Below are positions 14,385 through 28,300 of a stretch of DNA of 64,000 bases, in pieces; the first letter of the stretch is position 1; each line of letters begins with the position of its first letter. Below the pieces are notes generated by a model. It saw nothing but the letters and a program-made list of their open reading frames with translations. It was not told the origin of the DNA and ran no database searches. A program made the position numbers and the translations under genes. Source of the DNA: Lytechinus pictus (Eukaryota); the NCBI RefSeq assembly GCF_037042905.1, contig NC_087245.1, forward strand, positions 42,410,001 to 42,474,000, read 5' to 3'.

Positions 14385-14676
14385 AGGTCAAGTCCACCCC
14401 ATAAAAATGTTGATTTGGATAAAGAGAGTAAAATCAAACTAGCATAATGCTGAATATTTCATCAAAATCGAATGTAAAATAAGAAAGTTATGACATTCAA
14501 AAGTTTCGCTTATTTTTCACAAAACAGTGATAGGTGACATGCAAATGAGACAGTCGATGATGTCCGTCACTCACCATTTCTTTTGTTTTTCATTGTTTGA
14601 AATTTTCAGTGTTATGCATGTCTTTTTTCCCCTTCTATTTATTCAAATAAACTTTGTGTTGGGGTGGACTTGTCCT
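14385..14676. mobile_element. Kolobok-like MITE, internally deleted
   Basis: TTAA|AGGTCAAGTCCACCCC ... GGGGTGGACTTGTCCT|TTAA. Confidence 0.85.
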
Positions 14677-16101
14677 TTAAAGATATATAATTCTTCTCGA
14701 TATCATTATTCAAATAAATATATATGGAGATTTTATTGAATTAAATAAATGAAAATGAAAATAAGGCTTACAAAGTAAAACATTTTCTCGATATTCTCTA
14801 AGGTGATACATTTCATCGAAGCAAGTCTAATATAAAATGTAGACAATCGTCATTTACATCTATACAGATGGAAAATAATATCATAATTTATGTTGTGGTA
14901 GGGTAGTTTGGGTATGTTTGATACTATGAACAACCCTCAATCATTTCTAGGGCATTGATGGGTGGGAAAGGTGTGTAAGGTAGACGAACTTACATGGTGT
15001 AACTTTATTAAGGCTAATTGGTTAGTTCAGGCCTACCAATTATTGCACGTGATACAAAAAGGCGTGATGCCGGTCTTGTAAAAAAAGCTGAAGAGCATTT
15101 TGATACAAGCCAATACGCAATCCAGTCTCACCCAACAGAAGATACCACACCGATAATAGTCTTTAAAATTGCTGGCATGCACTGTTTTCCACTATCAAGT
15201 ATCGATAGCATGGTAGAGTCGGATTGTGTGACGTTCACATTTGCTTGAACAAGTAAGTTCAGAATGGAGTCACTGGTATGATTAAACCCACCAAGAAAGC
15301 AAATGTTTTGTGTCAATGATGTTGACCCAGAGACTTTGCTCTCAAGATAATTCTCAAGTACCTCCTTACACAATATTTAGGACATTTACATCCTTGAACA
15401 ATCTTCATCATCATGATCATGTTGATTATTTGGAATGGTATTTAAAATGATGATTTTATTCGGCCATTTTCATAAAGTATGCATGCACTTTTGAGTAGTT
15501 TCATTTTCACTTTCGTTTCATTTCCAAAAATGGAAAGAAAGAGGAGAATTGGAAGTGATAGCCTAGTCCTTTGATTAATATGATTAAAATAAAGTATAAC
15601 ACCTCTGTCAGTACTCTTTTTTAACAAAGAATAAATGCATATCATTCTCTTAACACCGGCATTAATATATATATATTTTTTCATTGTATAACACTATACA
15701 GGTATTTTGAAAAAAAAAAGAAAAAAAAATAATCCATTAGAAATTCAAAACTGACAGATATTTGACTTTGATAATCAATGACACATATATTCAAATGATT
15801 ATCGCCTCTTATTCTGAATGAAAATAGTGAAAGTTTGCTATGTAGGTCTATAATTAGCCGTTATTCATGTAAAGTTTTTCTTGTGCATTTTCCCTAACAA
15901 ATCCGTTAATACCAAGCATGCCAAGTGTGATATGTCGATATCATCAGCTGTAGCCATCAGTCCTGGTTGGTCTAAAATTTAACCAATCGATCCTTAACCA
16001 ACATTGGGTTATATACCCATCATGCTTATAACCTAAAGTGTGTTTGTCACTAGAAGTTTGAGAAAGTAGAAATGTGTTCTTTCTCACTGATCAAAAATTA
16101 A

Positions 16102-16703
16102 AGGACAAGTCCACCACAAGAAAAATTTGATTTGAATAAAAAGAGAAAAATCAAACAAGTGTAACACAGAAAATTTCATCAAAATCAGATGTAAAATAAG
16201 AAAGTTATGACATTTTAAAGTTTCGCTTTATTTCACAAAATAGTTATATGCACATTCCGGTCGGTATGCAAATGAGGGAACTGATGACATCTCTCACTCA
16301 CTATTTCTTTGGTATTTTATTATAAGAAATATTAAATATTCGAATTTTCTCATCATTGTCCTGTGAAAATAAGTTTAATTTCTCCCTAAACATGTGAAAT
16401 TATCATTGTTAAACATTTTATGGTTCAGTCAAGTTGGTCCTTATTGACAAATCTGTAAAAATTGAAATATTGTACAATTCAAACAATAAAAAACAAAAGA
16501 AATAATGAGTGAGGGACATCATCGGCTGTCTCATTTGCATGTCACTGAGTTGTGCATATCACTGTTTTGTGAAAAATAAGCGAACATTTAATATGTCATA
16601 ACTTTCCTCTTTTACATCAGATTTTGATGAAATTTTCAGCGTTATGCTAGTTTGATTTTTTTCTATTTATTCAAATCAACTTTTGTTAGGGTGGACTTGT
16701 CCT
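16102..16703. mobile_element. Kolobok-like MITE, full-length family member
   Basis: TTAA|AGGACAAGTCCACC ... GGTGGACTTGTCCT|TTAA with long imperfect TIRs. Confidence 0.85.
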
Positions 16704-16989
16704 TTAATACACATGCGATTATGTGTGGTTAAGATTAAGTAACCCTTACAAGAATTTAATGAAGAAGTAAGTTTTTTTCCCAAAATCAATCCGATTTATT
16801 AAACTGTTGGTAATTACTGATCAACTGTAGTAATGGATGGGCAGAATTCCCTGACACCAACTGGTCGATGTTAAGGCTAATTCCAGCTATTTAGGGCGGC
16901 AACAAATTGTTTTGATCGACGGAATGCCCCAAAGCTTTTTGCAGCGAGTAATAATTGAAAATTGTGCTTCTTTGTGAATTATCTTGCAG

Positions 16990-17075
16990 TTATCTCTTGG
17001 TTTATCTCACCTGTCCTCTCTGGTTTCATCTCGTCTTGTATCTATGGCCTTCTCTATGTCACCGTCTTGAAAAGG
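16990..17075 (+). CDS. SLC20A: SLC20 coding exon 3 (86 bp)
   Basis: TTGCAG|...|GTAAGA; VISWFISPVLSGFISS (SWxxSP motif); phase 1 to phase 0. Confidence 0.95.
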
Positions 17076-17550
17076 GTAAGATATCATAATACAAATCCAA
17101 ATTTCTTTGAAATATGATTAATCATAATAATCACTCTCTGTATATGAAATCACATAAAAGTACGAATTATAAGCAGATACCTCAAAGGGGTGTAATAAAG
17201 CAAGACTGTGTAAGCGGCGTGGGGGGGGGGGGGGGTCTCTTGTCGAAAATATTGGTCTCATCGATAAAACAGAAGGCCATGAAGGAAGAGTGGATCGACA
17301 TCCGCCTCCTACAGAATTCGACAAGCCTCAAAATGTTTCCAAGTCTATTATAAAATCGCAATTTTTTGGCTGTTTTTGTAAATACCCCTCCTCTTCCACG
17401 TGCCTATGGTTTTTTTCGGCACATTTATGGATATAGAATTGAGAAGAAGAAAAAAACAGTAATGATGATAGAATGTCATGAGCATACGTTTTGCTTAAGT
17501 AGTTGGAATATTTTGATTGATTATGTAATCAATATTTGACTTTTTTGCAG

Positions 17551-17647
17551 GACAATCCTTTGGACTGGGGTGTTTACACTGTTCCAGTCTGGTACTTTAT
17601 TCTCATCTTTATCAACTTCTTTTCCATCTTCTACGGATCATCACTAT
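17551..17647 (+). CDS. SLC20A: SLC20 coding exon 4 (97 bp)
   Basis: TTTTTTGCAG|...|GTAAGT; DNPLDWGVYTVPVWYFILIFINFFSIFYGSSL; phase 0 to phase 1. Confidence 0.92.
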
Positions 17648-18266
17648 GTAAGTTTATGGAACTTATTTACCAGGATAATCCCTCAGGAGGCAAGGGACGG
17701 TCGGCCTAGTATTATTTTTCAAGTATTTCAAGTAAAAATAAAAGAATGATATAAAAAGGAGATTCAGAATAAATAAATATATATTAGCGCTCTTGTCCAA
17801 TTGAGGTCACAATGAAGTAATATGTTGGCCATGAGCCCCTTTAAAAAAAATACACTGGCACCGCCCCTGGGACTGACCCAAACAAATGCCTTGAAACTAA
17901 AACTTATTATTACATGTATTATGTGACGGGATACTTTCTTCTCACTTTTGTTTGGTAGAATTTGCCAAAGTATTGCCGTTTTTTCTTGGTAATTCTTCCT
18001 TCTCTTCTTGTTTTCCTCCTACAACAGCAGCAGCACAAATAACAGCTGTTTTTACTTATACTTCTCCGTGCTTCTTCTAATCCCATTTAATATGTGGATC
18101 ATTTGTTTTAAAGGGAGGGCAACGTCTTTCACAAAATTTAACTGGTCTAGAAATTCGTTCTCTACTGCGCTAATATACTTCTTTTTCTTTAATCACGGTC
18201 ATATAATCGTTCCAAATCTGTTCCTCCCATTGAGTAGCAAATGTTTTCCATTTTTTGTAATTCCAG

Positions 18267-18380
18267 TGTTCGGATTCGATGAGATATGGATCGTTATGGT
18301 GATCTCAATTGGAAGCGGATTGGTTATTGCTGGATTTGGTTACTTCTTTATCATACCATGGATTACAAATAGAGTTAAAA
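18267..18380 (+). CDS. SLC20A: SLC20 coding exon 5 (114 bp)
   Basis: TTCCAG|...|GTAAGT; LFGFDEIWIVMVISIGSGLVIAGFGYFFIIPWITNRVK (TM helix); phase 1 to phase 1. Confidence 0.9.
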
Positions 18381-18469
18381 GTAAGTTCATGGAAACGTCA
18401 TTACAAATTCAATCTTGGAAGCGTCGTAAAAATTTACTATGTCTTCAGAGATATAAATACTACCATGAC

Positions 18470-18840
18470 AAATTTGGTATCAAATGAAAGGGCGTATTAT
18501 GCTCTTTTACATGATTGGAATGCAGTTAGGATTAAAATATATTTCAGATGGAATTTTCTTTGAAAGAAAAAGGTAATATTCGAGCCAAGTGTATTGTATT
18601 GTTTGTTATCATATTTTAAAACATCATTTCACAGAAATATATAAATGTCAAATCTATGATTTATATTACATTTTCTATCATGATATGTCACCGCTGAACA
18701 AAAAAGTGTAATCTGAAATGTTTGTGTTAAGAAGTAACTAGCACAAATATTTTATAAGATACAGTAAATTTTATGATGTTTGGCAAGTGTCAACTTTTCT
18801 TTGAATTTCCTGGGTGTATGTAAACTTCTGGCCTCAACTG
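18470..18840 (-). mobile_element. Partial copy of the Tc1-type MITE found complete at 40700-41264
   Basis: Ends ...gggtgtatgtaaacttctggcctcaactg; colinear with the 40700 element except for an internal deletion; followed by a TA/TG microsatellite. Confidence 0.85.
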
Positions 18841-19087
18841 TGTGTGTATATATATATACATACATATACTGTGTATACATAAATATAAACATATATAAAT
18901 ATATATATATACTTCGGGAATTCTATCCTTGTATTAGAGTGCTCGATGTCCTTCACAGGAAGAGCTTTGAATAATAAACACAAGTTCACAAGGTTGACTG
19001 GAGGTTCATCAAATTTAATTGCAACTCTGAGTTTCACGCAACCTGCGTGAGGTGCGATCTTCACACAAACACACAAACACAAACACA

Positions 19088-19132
<45 letters not shown>

Positions 19133-19529
19133 TTATGTGTGAGGGTGTGTTTATGTGTGAGGATGTGTGAAGGTGTGTGTTTATGTGTGAGGGTGTGTGT
19201 GTGTGTGTAAAGAGAATGAATTAGCCAATAATTTCGTTTTTGCATGGAAACTGAAAGGATTCTGAGTGGAAAGGTACCTCTTTTCCTACTTTGTAAAATA
19301 TATAATTATTGCTATATGAAGGTTTTAAGTTGTGAATTTATGTGTTATCACTCAAGTAGGCCGATATTATGAGACTGCGCTGCTAAATGTGTTGCATTAT
19401 GGGTAATAAACCTGGCCAGATACGAGTAGTCAAGGACTTGAGGTTGGACTACGACTATAAAGACTGCTGGTTCGTTTGCCATTTAAAGAATGGAAGGATA
19501 ATGAAGAGTGGTATCCGATTTCATTTCAG

Positions 19530-19613
19530 AAATGAAGGGACAGGAGAAACTAGAATTAGCAGAGGAAGGTCAGGTTCAGAATGATCAAGAACAAGAGACT
19601 GAATTAAAAGAAG
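19530..19613 (+). CDS. SLC20A: SLC20 coding exon 6 (84 bp, intracellular loop)
   Basis: TTTCAG|...|GTGAGG; KMKGQEKLELAEEGQVQNDQEQETELKE; frame-compatible, phase 1 to phase 1. Confidence 0.8.
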
Positions 19614-20091
19614 GTGAGGCTGTCGTGTTTTCTCATTTTACTTAATATTAAGAGTATCTGGTATCACTGAGAATGAGGAACAAAAATCAAAACTATTGAA
19701 AATTGTGCAATGATTAATCAATGATGTGGATGCACTAATAGTAGTACTATCAGTGGTATAGGACTATGAACAATCAAACTAGTAATATCTTGATTGTTAA
19801 TGATAATTGAACAAATGTTTGATGATAATAATACTGATAATTAATATCTAAAAATCACATAAGTAATGATAATAACAGAAAATAATGGCAATGATGATAG
19901 TGATATAATCATAATAATAATATTGATCATCATCATCATCGTCATCTTTTCCTTCATAGTATTATGATCATGAAAATAATGTTGATGATGATGTTGATAT
20001 TAACAAAAACGATAATAATAATCTTAATAATAAGAGTATTGATAAAGTTACTTTACCTATAGAAATGACATCCTTTCTTACCAAATACAAG

Positions 20092-20223
20092 GTTTACCAA
20101 ATGGAAACTGCGATGGTGACGCCGCCTCGTTAGAAAAGAAAAATCCTGACGACCCTGATGCCATTTTGGTTCCAGAACATCCGATAGCCAACGGCTTATC
20201 TGCCGAATTCACCAACGGAATGG
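20092..20223 (+). CDS. SLC20A: SLC20 coding exon 7 (132 bp, intracellular loop)
   Basis: Donor ATGG|GTAAGG. Open reading GLPNGNCDGDAASLEKKNPDDPDAILVPEHPIANGLSAEFTNGM only if the AAG acceptor at 20089-20091 is used. Confidence 0.7.
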
Positions 20224-20788
20224 GTAAGGCATAGGCCTATTCTATCATCCTATTACACATTTAGAAGTATACATTATCAAACCTGTAAGATATCATCTCA
20301 AATTCTTGCTTTGTTTGATGAAAAAGAAATATTTACTTCCATTGAAATTTGTAAATATATAAATTCAAGTTTGTAAGCTTTGGATAATTGTTTTAATTTG
20401 TAATAGTAGTTCTAGTAGAATAAGTAGCATTGGTAGCAGTCCTAGTCGAGGTAGTGATCTCGGATAACTATACCAGAGAACCTTTGTTAGTGATGCCAAC
20501 CATCCCGATTTCATCTGGACGTTAATTGCGCCACTCGCGGTCATACGATCGCCATTCTTATCCTCCCAACGTTCTTGCTCTGACCAATTTGAAATGAGAA
20601 GTATACGTCATGGTAGGAATAAATACCCTTAAACCAATCATCACTCGTGTATTTATCGTTTGTGTCAAAGATATTGTTATCCTTGTTATCATCAATACTG
20701 TTTTTCAATATCATATTTCTATTCATCATCGTCACTCTCATCAACGATGCGACTTTCATTTTGTGTTTTATCATTGCGTTTTCTACAG

Positions 20789-20993
20789 CTAATCCTGCTT
20801 ACAAGACATCGGAAACAGTTGAGATGGACATCAACTCTGAAGATGAGGATAGTTCCGATAAATGGCTCGTAAAGAAGGGCTCTAAAGAGTGGGAATCAGT
20901 CAAAGATTCGATTGAAGTTCGCGCCATTTGCTCCCCGCTGCAGGTTGTATCAGCCTGCTTCGCCGCTTTCTCACATGGAGGCAACGATGTCAG
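20789..20993 (+). CDS. SLC20A: SLC20 coding exon 8 (205 bp)
   Basis: CTACAG|...|GTAAGC; ...LQVVSACFAAFSHGGNDVS (C-terminal PiT HGxND signature); phase 1 to phase 2. Confidence 0.95.
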
Positions 20994-21479
20994 GTAAGCC
21001 ACGAGCAGTTGAAGAGTAGACCCCACACAATAATTTTCCCTGAATAGAACTGCCATCCTGGGAATATCTCACTAATCATCCACAAAATTTGTTGCGCAAA
21101 CTTAGGCTGAACAATGGTTCAAAGCTTCTTTGATGCATTAGAGGATTAATAGGTAAAGGTCTGCAGAATTTTGATAGTTTTATAGTTCTTTTTTTAGCAT
21201 ATCCCCCCACTATTCACTATGATTCGTTTTTTATCAAACATTGTTGATTTACATCATTATGTCCTTTTGATATCAAAGGAATATGTTGGCATATCATGCT
21301 CTTTCATACAAAGCATAATGCTGTTAAACTATTTCGAACATTCAAATTTCTCCCACTTTCATCATTTTCAATCCTGCACAATCCCTATCGTTGTAGATCA
21401 GCGTATTTTCACTCCTCCTTTATTGCTTAGCAAAGAAGAGACTCTATTCCCGGTTTTCTCTTGCTTTTTAATTCTTCAG

Positions 21480-21665
21480 TAACGCCATCGGACCCCTGAT
21501 CAGCATCTGGACCATTTTTACCACCGGTTCCGTGGACCAAGAGACAATAACCCCTGTATGGATCCTTCTTTACGGAGGTGCAGGCATCTCACTCGGTCTC
21601 TTCCTATTCGGCCGTCGTGTCATCAAGACAATCGGTGAAGACCTCACTCCAATGACTCCGTCAAC
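21480..21665 (+). CDS. SLC20A: SLC20 coding exon 9 (186 bp)
   Basis: CTTCAG|...|[17 protein letters not shown]...[35 protein letters not shown]; phase 2 to phase 2. Confidence 0.97.
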
Positions 21666-22161
21666 GTAAGTTGATCACATGTAACATGGCAAGTGTATAA
21701 TTAACTTCCCTGTTTTAAAAACACAACTTCGTCATGAACATATATAATATTGCAAATATTTGAAAAGTAACTTTGTATATCATGGGAACAATTGTCACTG
21801 AAACTATAGGACAAAGGTCTCGATATATGTTTTCTTATTTTGTCTTTCTGATTGTACAATATATTTCTAAAAAAAGTTTGAGAGGGAATATGAGAGTGAG
21901 ATTGAGAGGAACTGATGTATGTGTGGTGTGTGAGAGTAATTTGGTGTGTTTGAGGGTGCGCTTGGTGCATGAGGGTGTGTATGTATGAGGGGTGACTGTC
22001 CTAAAGAAATTAAAAGAGTGTGGAACGAGTATTGTTTAAAAAAAAATCAAAAATTCAATAAAAGTTTGTTTGTTGATAGGAGAGACTGAATAGGGGTAAG
22101 GTGTACTCTATTTCCAACGCCTGGAATTCAAGAAACATCAATCAACCCTTTTTCCTTTCAG

Positions 22162-22477
22162 TGGCTTCTGTGTCGAGCTCGGGTCAGCTTCCACGGTACT
22201 TCTAGCATCGAACCTCGGTATCCCTATCTCAACTACCCATTGTCAGGTTGGTTCCGTCTGTGGTGTTGGCTGGCTGAGGACGCGAAAGGCTGTTGATTGG
22301 CCTCTGTTCTCAGGGATCTTCTTCGCCTGGGTGGTGACCCTCCCTGCCACCATGATGCTAAGTTCAGGTTTGATGGGGTTCCTGCAGCATGCCGTTCCTG
22401 GAAGCTGTGAACTTATTCCTATCCCTGTCATGAACACTACTACAACCGCCATGGCATCGACCCTTGGATTGATCTAA
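22162..22477 (+). CDS. SLC20A: SLC20 final coding exon; total CDS 1665 nt / 554 aa
   Basis: TTTCAG|; GFCVELGSASTVLLASNLGIPISTTHCQVGSV...VDWPLFSGIFFAWVVTLP...; TAA at 22475-22477. Exon lengths sum to a multiple of 3. Confidence 0.97.
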
Positions 22478-24500
22478 GTTTATATGCAATATCCTAATGG
22501 CTGTAGACTATGGTCAGAAGGACCAATCTGTCAAATTTTGGAGGCTTCCTGGTGGAACGATGGTTCTTCCTCTGCCAGGCTATAGATTCGAAACCAAATT
22601 GATGTCCTCGCGTCTCGTCTTACAATAGGCCTACTGGAGGCCTACGTTCGCTACTGCCACAATTTCGTAGGTATTTCACACTATAATCTGCCAATTCCGG
22701 ATGATGTATTTCCTATCCCAATGGTAATCATAGACATTGTCAAACTAAACTATTCTACTGATATGTGATTACAAATCAAATTACTTGGGGTGTCCGAAAT
22801 ATGAAAGGTATTGCACACTTTAGTATAAAGTAATTTTGAAATATTTTATAAAGTGTGATTTTTAAAGATCATGGCATTGCTAAAATATTTTTCTTCTTAA
22901 GGATGTTTTTTAGAACAGGGTTGTTTCCTTTTGTTGAAAAGTCCACAAGGCCTTTAAAATGAGTCACTTTAAATCATATGCAGTATATGTATATTCACTT
23001 GTTTAAAGCACATGCATCAATTATTTAAGTACTTACTGAAGGAAAAACAACCATTAACATTAAATGATACAGTTTGTTAAAACTCTGAAAATACCTTTTT
23101 TCTCTGAACCAGTGTTTTAATTTAGAGCAAATCATACACAAATGGACTTAGTTGAATTATACTGTATAAGTATTCAATGAAGTTGATAAGGTACAATTTA
23201 TTTATTATATTCCATCGTGCCCTTCAGTTGACTTCGTGTCTTAATGATTGTCCTGGTAAAAACACCCTTCTAAAGACTCTCTTAAACAAGTTCCGTCTAT
23301 TGGTTGTTTACTCATAACCATGCTACTTTCGTACGCAGCCAGGTAATATATAGACCTACACTGTAAAATCTAGTCCGACATCGACTTTACCCACACCAGG
23401 CCAAAGCGATACTACAGTACTGCACCAAATATGTATTTAAACAACACCAGACTGTGAAAATCGATTTCATTCTCCTTGCAGTGTTGTGTTAAATCTACAT
23501 CGCTGTTTCTTTAGTGTTTAATCCTGTAGTAGGTCCATTGGTGTAAATAGTTAGCACTCGAGTAGGTAATTTGATATAAGCTATTGAGGAGATGTCTGAA
23601 TCGACTGAGACTACCTAGGTCCATCACTTGCTGTACAGCGTTCAGCAATCCATGTGAAATTTTCCAGGATTTTTTTAAGCACGGGGATTACAGTTTGTAG
23701 TCGACTTCTTCAGTTTATAAGTATTGTATCTTGTATTCTGCAATTCCTTCCATAGAGAGAAATGGACGGGATCTGTTATTATCTCAATGGAAATTATACT
23801 TCTTTTTTTTATTCAAAATGGCAACAGAGAAAAAAAAGGAAAATGAAAAACAAAAACAGCTGCGACATAATGGTTAGCAAAGCAATTCTAATTTTGATCA
23901 TTAAAATGTCATATATAAACGCACACAAATATTATATTTTTTTAAATTTCATATTTCTATTGTGGAGATCAAAGTCATCAATATTCCGGTAATCAGTTTG
24001 GTCAATATGTCGTATTAAACAGTCATCACGATCATAGGGATATTTTTTTCAGCTTCACTGCCGATTCTTGAAGCTTGCGATGTTCCTAGCATGCAATTGA
24101 GTAGGCTGTTAAATACAAAGAGGTTAATAATTTCGGAATTTGCCATGTCTGCCCCCATAGCGAATACATGAATATGTCATGTACGTGGGTTTATGAAACT
24201 TATTAGTCAATATTTAATTTTGGTCCAATATGCAAGAGAGTATTGCATCATGAAGTGTGTGAGTCTTAATGTTGTGTATGTTTAATAAACAATTGTAGGA
24301 TTTTTACATTGGATGGAGAAGATGGAGAAGATCCATTGTATATTGTTCAAACGTATCATTGAGGAGGGTAGAGACAGAGAACAAAGAACAAAGAAGAAAA
24401 TTGAAGAATAGAAAAACGCCCCTTAATGTGAATCTAATAAAATAACAAATAACTAAACTTTCTTAGTTCTTTGCAGAGGGCAAATTTTGGGGTTGACCTG

Positions 24501-24729
24501 CACTGTTAGAAAATGTATCCTTAAAATAAAAGAAGTTCCTGCAGCAGAGTCTCGAGAACACCTGTAATCTTACCAGATTGCGTAATATTACAGGATATTG
24601 GTATTCGGTGTATGGAATCTTACAAATTTCCTTGAATAAATCACCCTTTTCCCCTGTTTAAACAGACCTGTTCTGTTAAATTGCTGAAATTTTTTTTTTT
24701 TGTGTAAAATCACAGTTTTTTTAACAGTG
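24501..24729. mobile_element. CACTA/EnSpm-like MITE
   Basis: TG|CACTGTTAGAAA ... TTTTTAACAGTG|TG; 2-bp TSD TG. Confidence 0.7.
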
Positions 24730-25152
24730 TGAGAGCTGTCTTTTTTGTATTGATATGCCATTATTTTTCAAATTCAAAATCAACTAAGTTCATCTTTTAG
24801 ATGTATTTCGAAGTGTTTGTATAGGAACTGTATATATTTTGTATATTGAGTTATATATATTTATGTAAGCCAAGCTATAACGATATATTTTATATGATGT
24901 TACATTGTTTGTGTATGCAAAATAAACAGCAAAAATAATACTCTAGTGTTATGACACTTGGTAGTTTTTTTTTCTCGAATTAGAAGCGACTCTATCTGAA
25001 GGCAAAAGATACAGTTTTGGTAATAATTGGAGAGGTAGTTAAAAAAGTATATCTTCTTATTGAAATTCGATAGGCAAGGACCTCTTGGTGAATATCGGAC
25101 AGATGTTTCTTGTTGCAACATAGAATGGATAAAGCTTTTGAAACCATACTAG

Positions 25153-25306
25153 GGCCCCGTTTGATAAACGTTACTACTATGGTAACTTTGCCATCTAATG
25201 GTATCTTCAATGGAGTCCTTGATTTTGATTGGCTGATGAGCATTGTTACCATGGTAGTCGGATGGTAGAGTTACCATTTTGACTGTAATTTTTATGAAAC
25301 GGGGCC
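25153..25306. mobile_element. PIF/Harbinger-like MITE
   Basis: TIRs ggccccgtttgataaa / tttatgaaacggggcc; flanks TAG/CAG. Confidence 0.7.
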
Positions 25307-28300
25307 CAGGAATGTGAGTGCTGTAAGAAGATGAAAATTAGAGAGTGGAGGTGATTGCCATATAGAGTTGCAGGGAGGAAGAGAGGGAGGGGGATAAGAG
25401 TAAAGGTGGGAAAGTGAAAGCAGGAGAGAGAGAAAGTGTATGTACTAAACTGAACTGAACTGAATTTATTACCAAATAATGTCAAACTACGTTGATACAG
25501 GGTGAATTGTTATATAAACTTCATTGGTAAAATGACTCTACAGAAATAGCAAGTGTATGTGATAGGTAGATAGAGACAGAAGGGGTATAGTGATTAAGAG
25601 AGGGGGAGAGGGAGGGGAGGGAAAGAAGAAGAAAAATAGTGAGAGAGAGAAAGTAAAAGATAGACAGAAGGGGAAAAGGATTGATCGAGAGAGAGAGAGA
25701 GAGAGAGAGAGAAAGTGTGTGTGTGTGTGTGGTAAAGACATAAAGGGAGAGTGCTTGAGAGAGAGAGAACGAGGGTAAGAGAGGGGGGGGGGGAGATAAC
25801 ATTTATCTGAAATGTAAAAATTTGGAAATGATTTATATCCCCAAACATTGATATATACCGCACACACACGCTCACACACATTTCCATCTCCCACACACTT
25901 CTCTTTATCAAGATTTCATTATGATTTGGGTAGAAAGTAATAGCAAAAACAATATCAGTTTAAATTTTGAGAGTGTGAACTTCTGCTAGCACACACACAC
26001 AATACTTCAACATGCGTTCATTGAGCAGAAAAAGTAGTCGTGCAGCCATCCGCCTTAACATGTTGATAAAGGGGCCATTACTGAAATTAGGAGAAGATAG
26101 AAAGCCACGTATAATGAAGAGAGACTTGATGAGAAGCGCCAAGATGGATGGCAGGATGAAGAGGTCTACAAACCACTCTCATGTCAAAATCAAAGCTACA
26201 TTACCTCTTTAACCCTAAGAAGACGAGGGCCCCCTCGAAATTTTTCGAGATAGATCCGCCGCACAATTTTTTTAAATCTGACTTTTTACTTAAGTCTCGC
26301 GCAACTTTTGAGACCAAAATTGTGACCCCCGGGTACGCAGTTTCGAAATTACGCAACATTTTGTAAGTGCCTGCAGACCCAAACTTGGTGTTTTATCTAA
26401 CCAATCGAAATATAATATCTCTTCTATAATCATAAAAATATAGACATTGACTAAGACATTATTTACTCATTATATCATTTATAGTTACTACAATTTATTG
26501 GAGTGGATTTTATCCCAAGTGAACTAAAAGATGAGGGTACTAACCTACAGAATGCCTACGGGATGCAGGATATGTGCAAAAGAGTATTTGGCTGTTTATG
26601 CAACCAAGGAGCTTGCTTGATGCAACAGGCCACAGATCTTGTATGGCCAAAGCTTTGCTCATTTTGAAATGACTTTCTGTTTCACTACACTGTTCACCAG
26701 CGTACGTACCGTGCAGGAGGGCACATGCATTCGCAGGATTCCCAGCCCTTTTCCATACAGCTTCCTCCGTGGTGACAAGGGTTTCGGATGCACACGTCTT
26801 CGATAGTTAACGTGCAGAAGGGCAATTCATTATGTACGTACGAAATCTAACGAAAGTGAATGCATCCAAAATCGTGTTCGATAATTATCACTTTCATGCA
26901 GATAATTTCATTATCTTTTAAAAACTCAATGAATACAATTACATCCTTACTTATCTGTCCTCCGTGGTCCCAATCATTGTGCATGATGTGGAGTGAATTT
27001 GAAAGAATATTGTTTCCGATCTACATTTTCTGAGTTATTTATAAGGCATTCATTAATTTTATTTTTGTTTTAGGCCAGTCAGTGATGTTGCAAAAATAAA
27101 GATGTGCATGCAATCAACAAGTGATAATAACAGATCATCTCTGACATAGGGGGGGGGGGGGTGGGGTCACTGCCTCCTTCATCGTCTTCGGTGAATAAAT
27201 CGCACTTTTCTTGCTATGCATGAATAATTAAGTTTTCGATTTCTAAATTTCTGAATGGACGGGAGTGAGGGATAGGGAACATCTGAGAGAAAAGAAAATC
27301 GTCAATTTGCTCGATTCTGACGGTTGGCTGAATTGGTTAGACCATCATGATCAAACTGTTTCTATAGGACTCTACAAGGGGGCAAAGTCCACTATTGCAA
27401 ATCGACACAGGTACCCGTTTCATAAAAAAACTTATAATAGTAACTAGTTTTGCAATAATAGTTTAAAGCTACAGAAATCGTTCGATTTGATTGGCTGAAT
27501 GTAAACCTCTGACAGAAATTGTGCATTTGTTATTATAACAAGTCTATATAAAACCGGAACGATAAAGTACAAAAACAGAGCTTTCCCTGAAACCAGGGTC
27601 ATGACTCTCATAGTTGGTGGATTCGGCAAAGAATGACAGAATGTTTTCTCAATCTGCTTGGTGTACATTAGATGAAACTAAGTGGTTTGGTCAACGTCTT
27701 TAAACAGCGCAATAATACTAAAATTTAGCCGCCGATCGCAATGGATTTTACTAGTTGATGTTTGTTTGTTTGTTTTCTTTCTTGAATGTTGTTTGCTTGT
27801 TCTGTTTATTTCATTGTTCGTAGATTGTTCTATTGGTTTGAGTGTTAAGGGGAATGAGGTCCCCTTATTCATTCTATTCAAGAAACATAGGTTAATTTAT
27901 TTTAGTTATTTGATTTATTCATTCATTACGCGACGTTTCACAAAATAGACAGGGGATTCATACAACGAAACGATTTTATTTAAACTAAAGATATTTTAAA
28001 GTCACATTTCAACATATGTTTTTTATTAAGGCAAATGAGAATGTTGGAATAATTACGTCTATTTTATTTGTTATGCGTTACCCGAAATGTATTGGTACTA
28101 TATAGTTGTATTGAACGAATGTAATAATGGCAACTAAAAACAACGACAAAACAACAAAGATTATGGTAAAAACGGTAATGACAAACTGAAATTTCCCCTA
28201 CGAATTTATGATTTCATTGTTGGAAAATCCCTACAATTTTGAGCGACGCAATTCAAGGGAGAGAAGGGGAGAGAAGTTGAATCTTGTTGAATGGGCGAAC

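Noticed and set aside
15018..15373. Overlapping ORFs with coding-like composition in SLC20 intron 2
   Set aside because: No recognisable motif or convincing splice sites, and the SLC20 frame closes without them; may be an unidentified TE fragment.
18008..18487. 159-aa ORF as a standalone membrane protein
   Set aside because: Intronic read-through around SLC20 exon 5; the same applies to 20647-20997 (exon 8) and 225-563 (SLC16-like exon).
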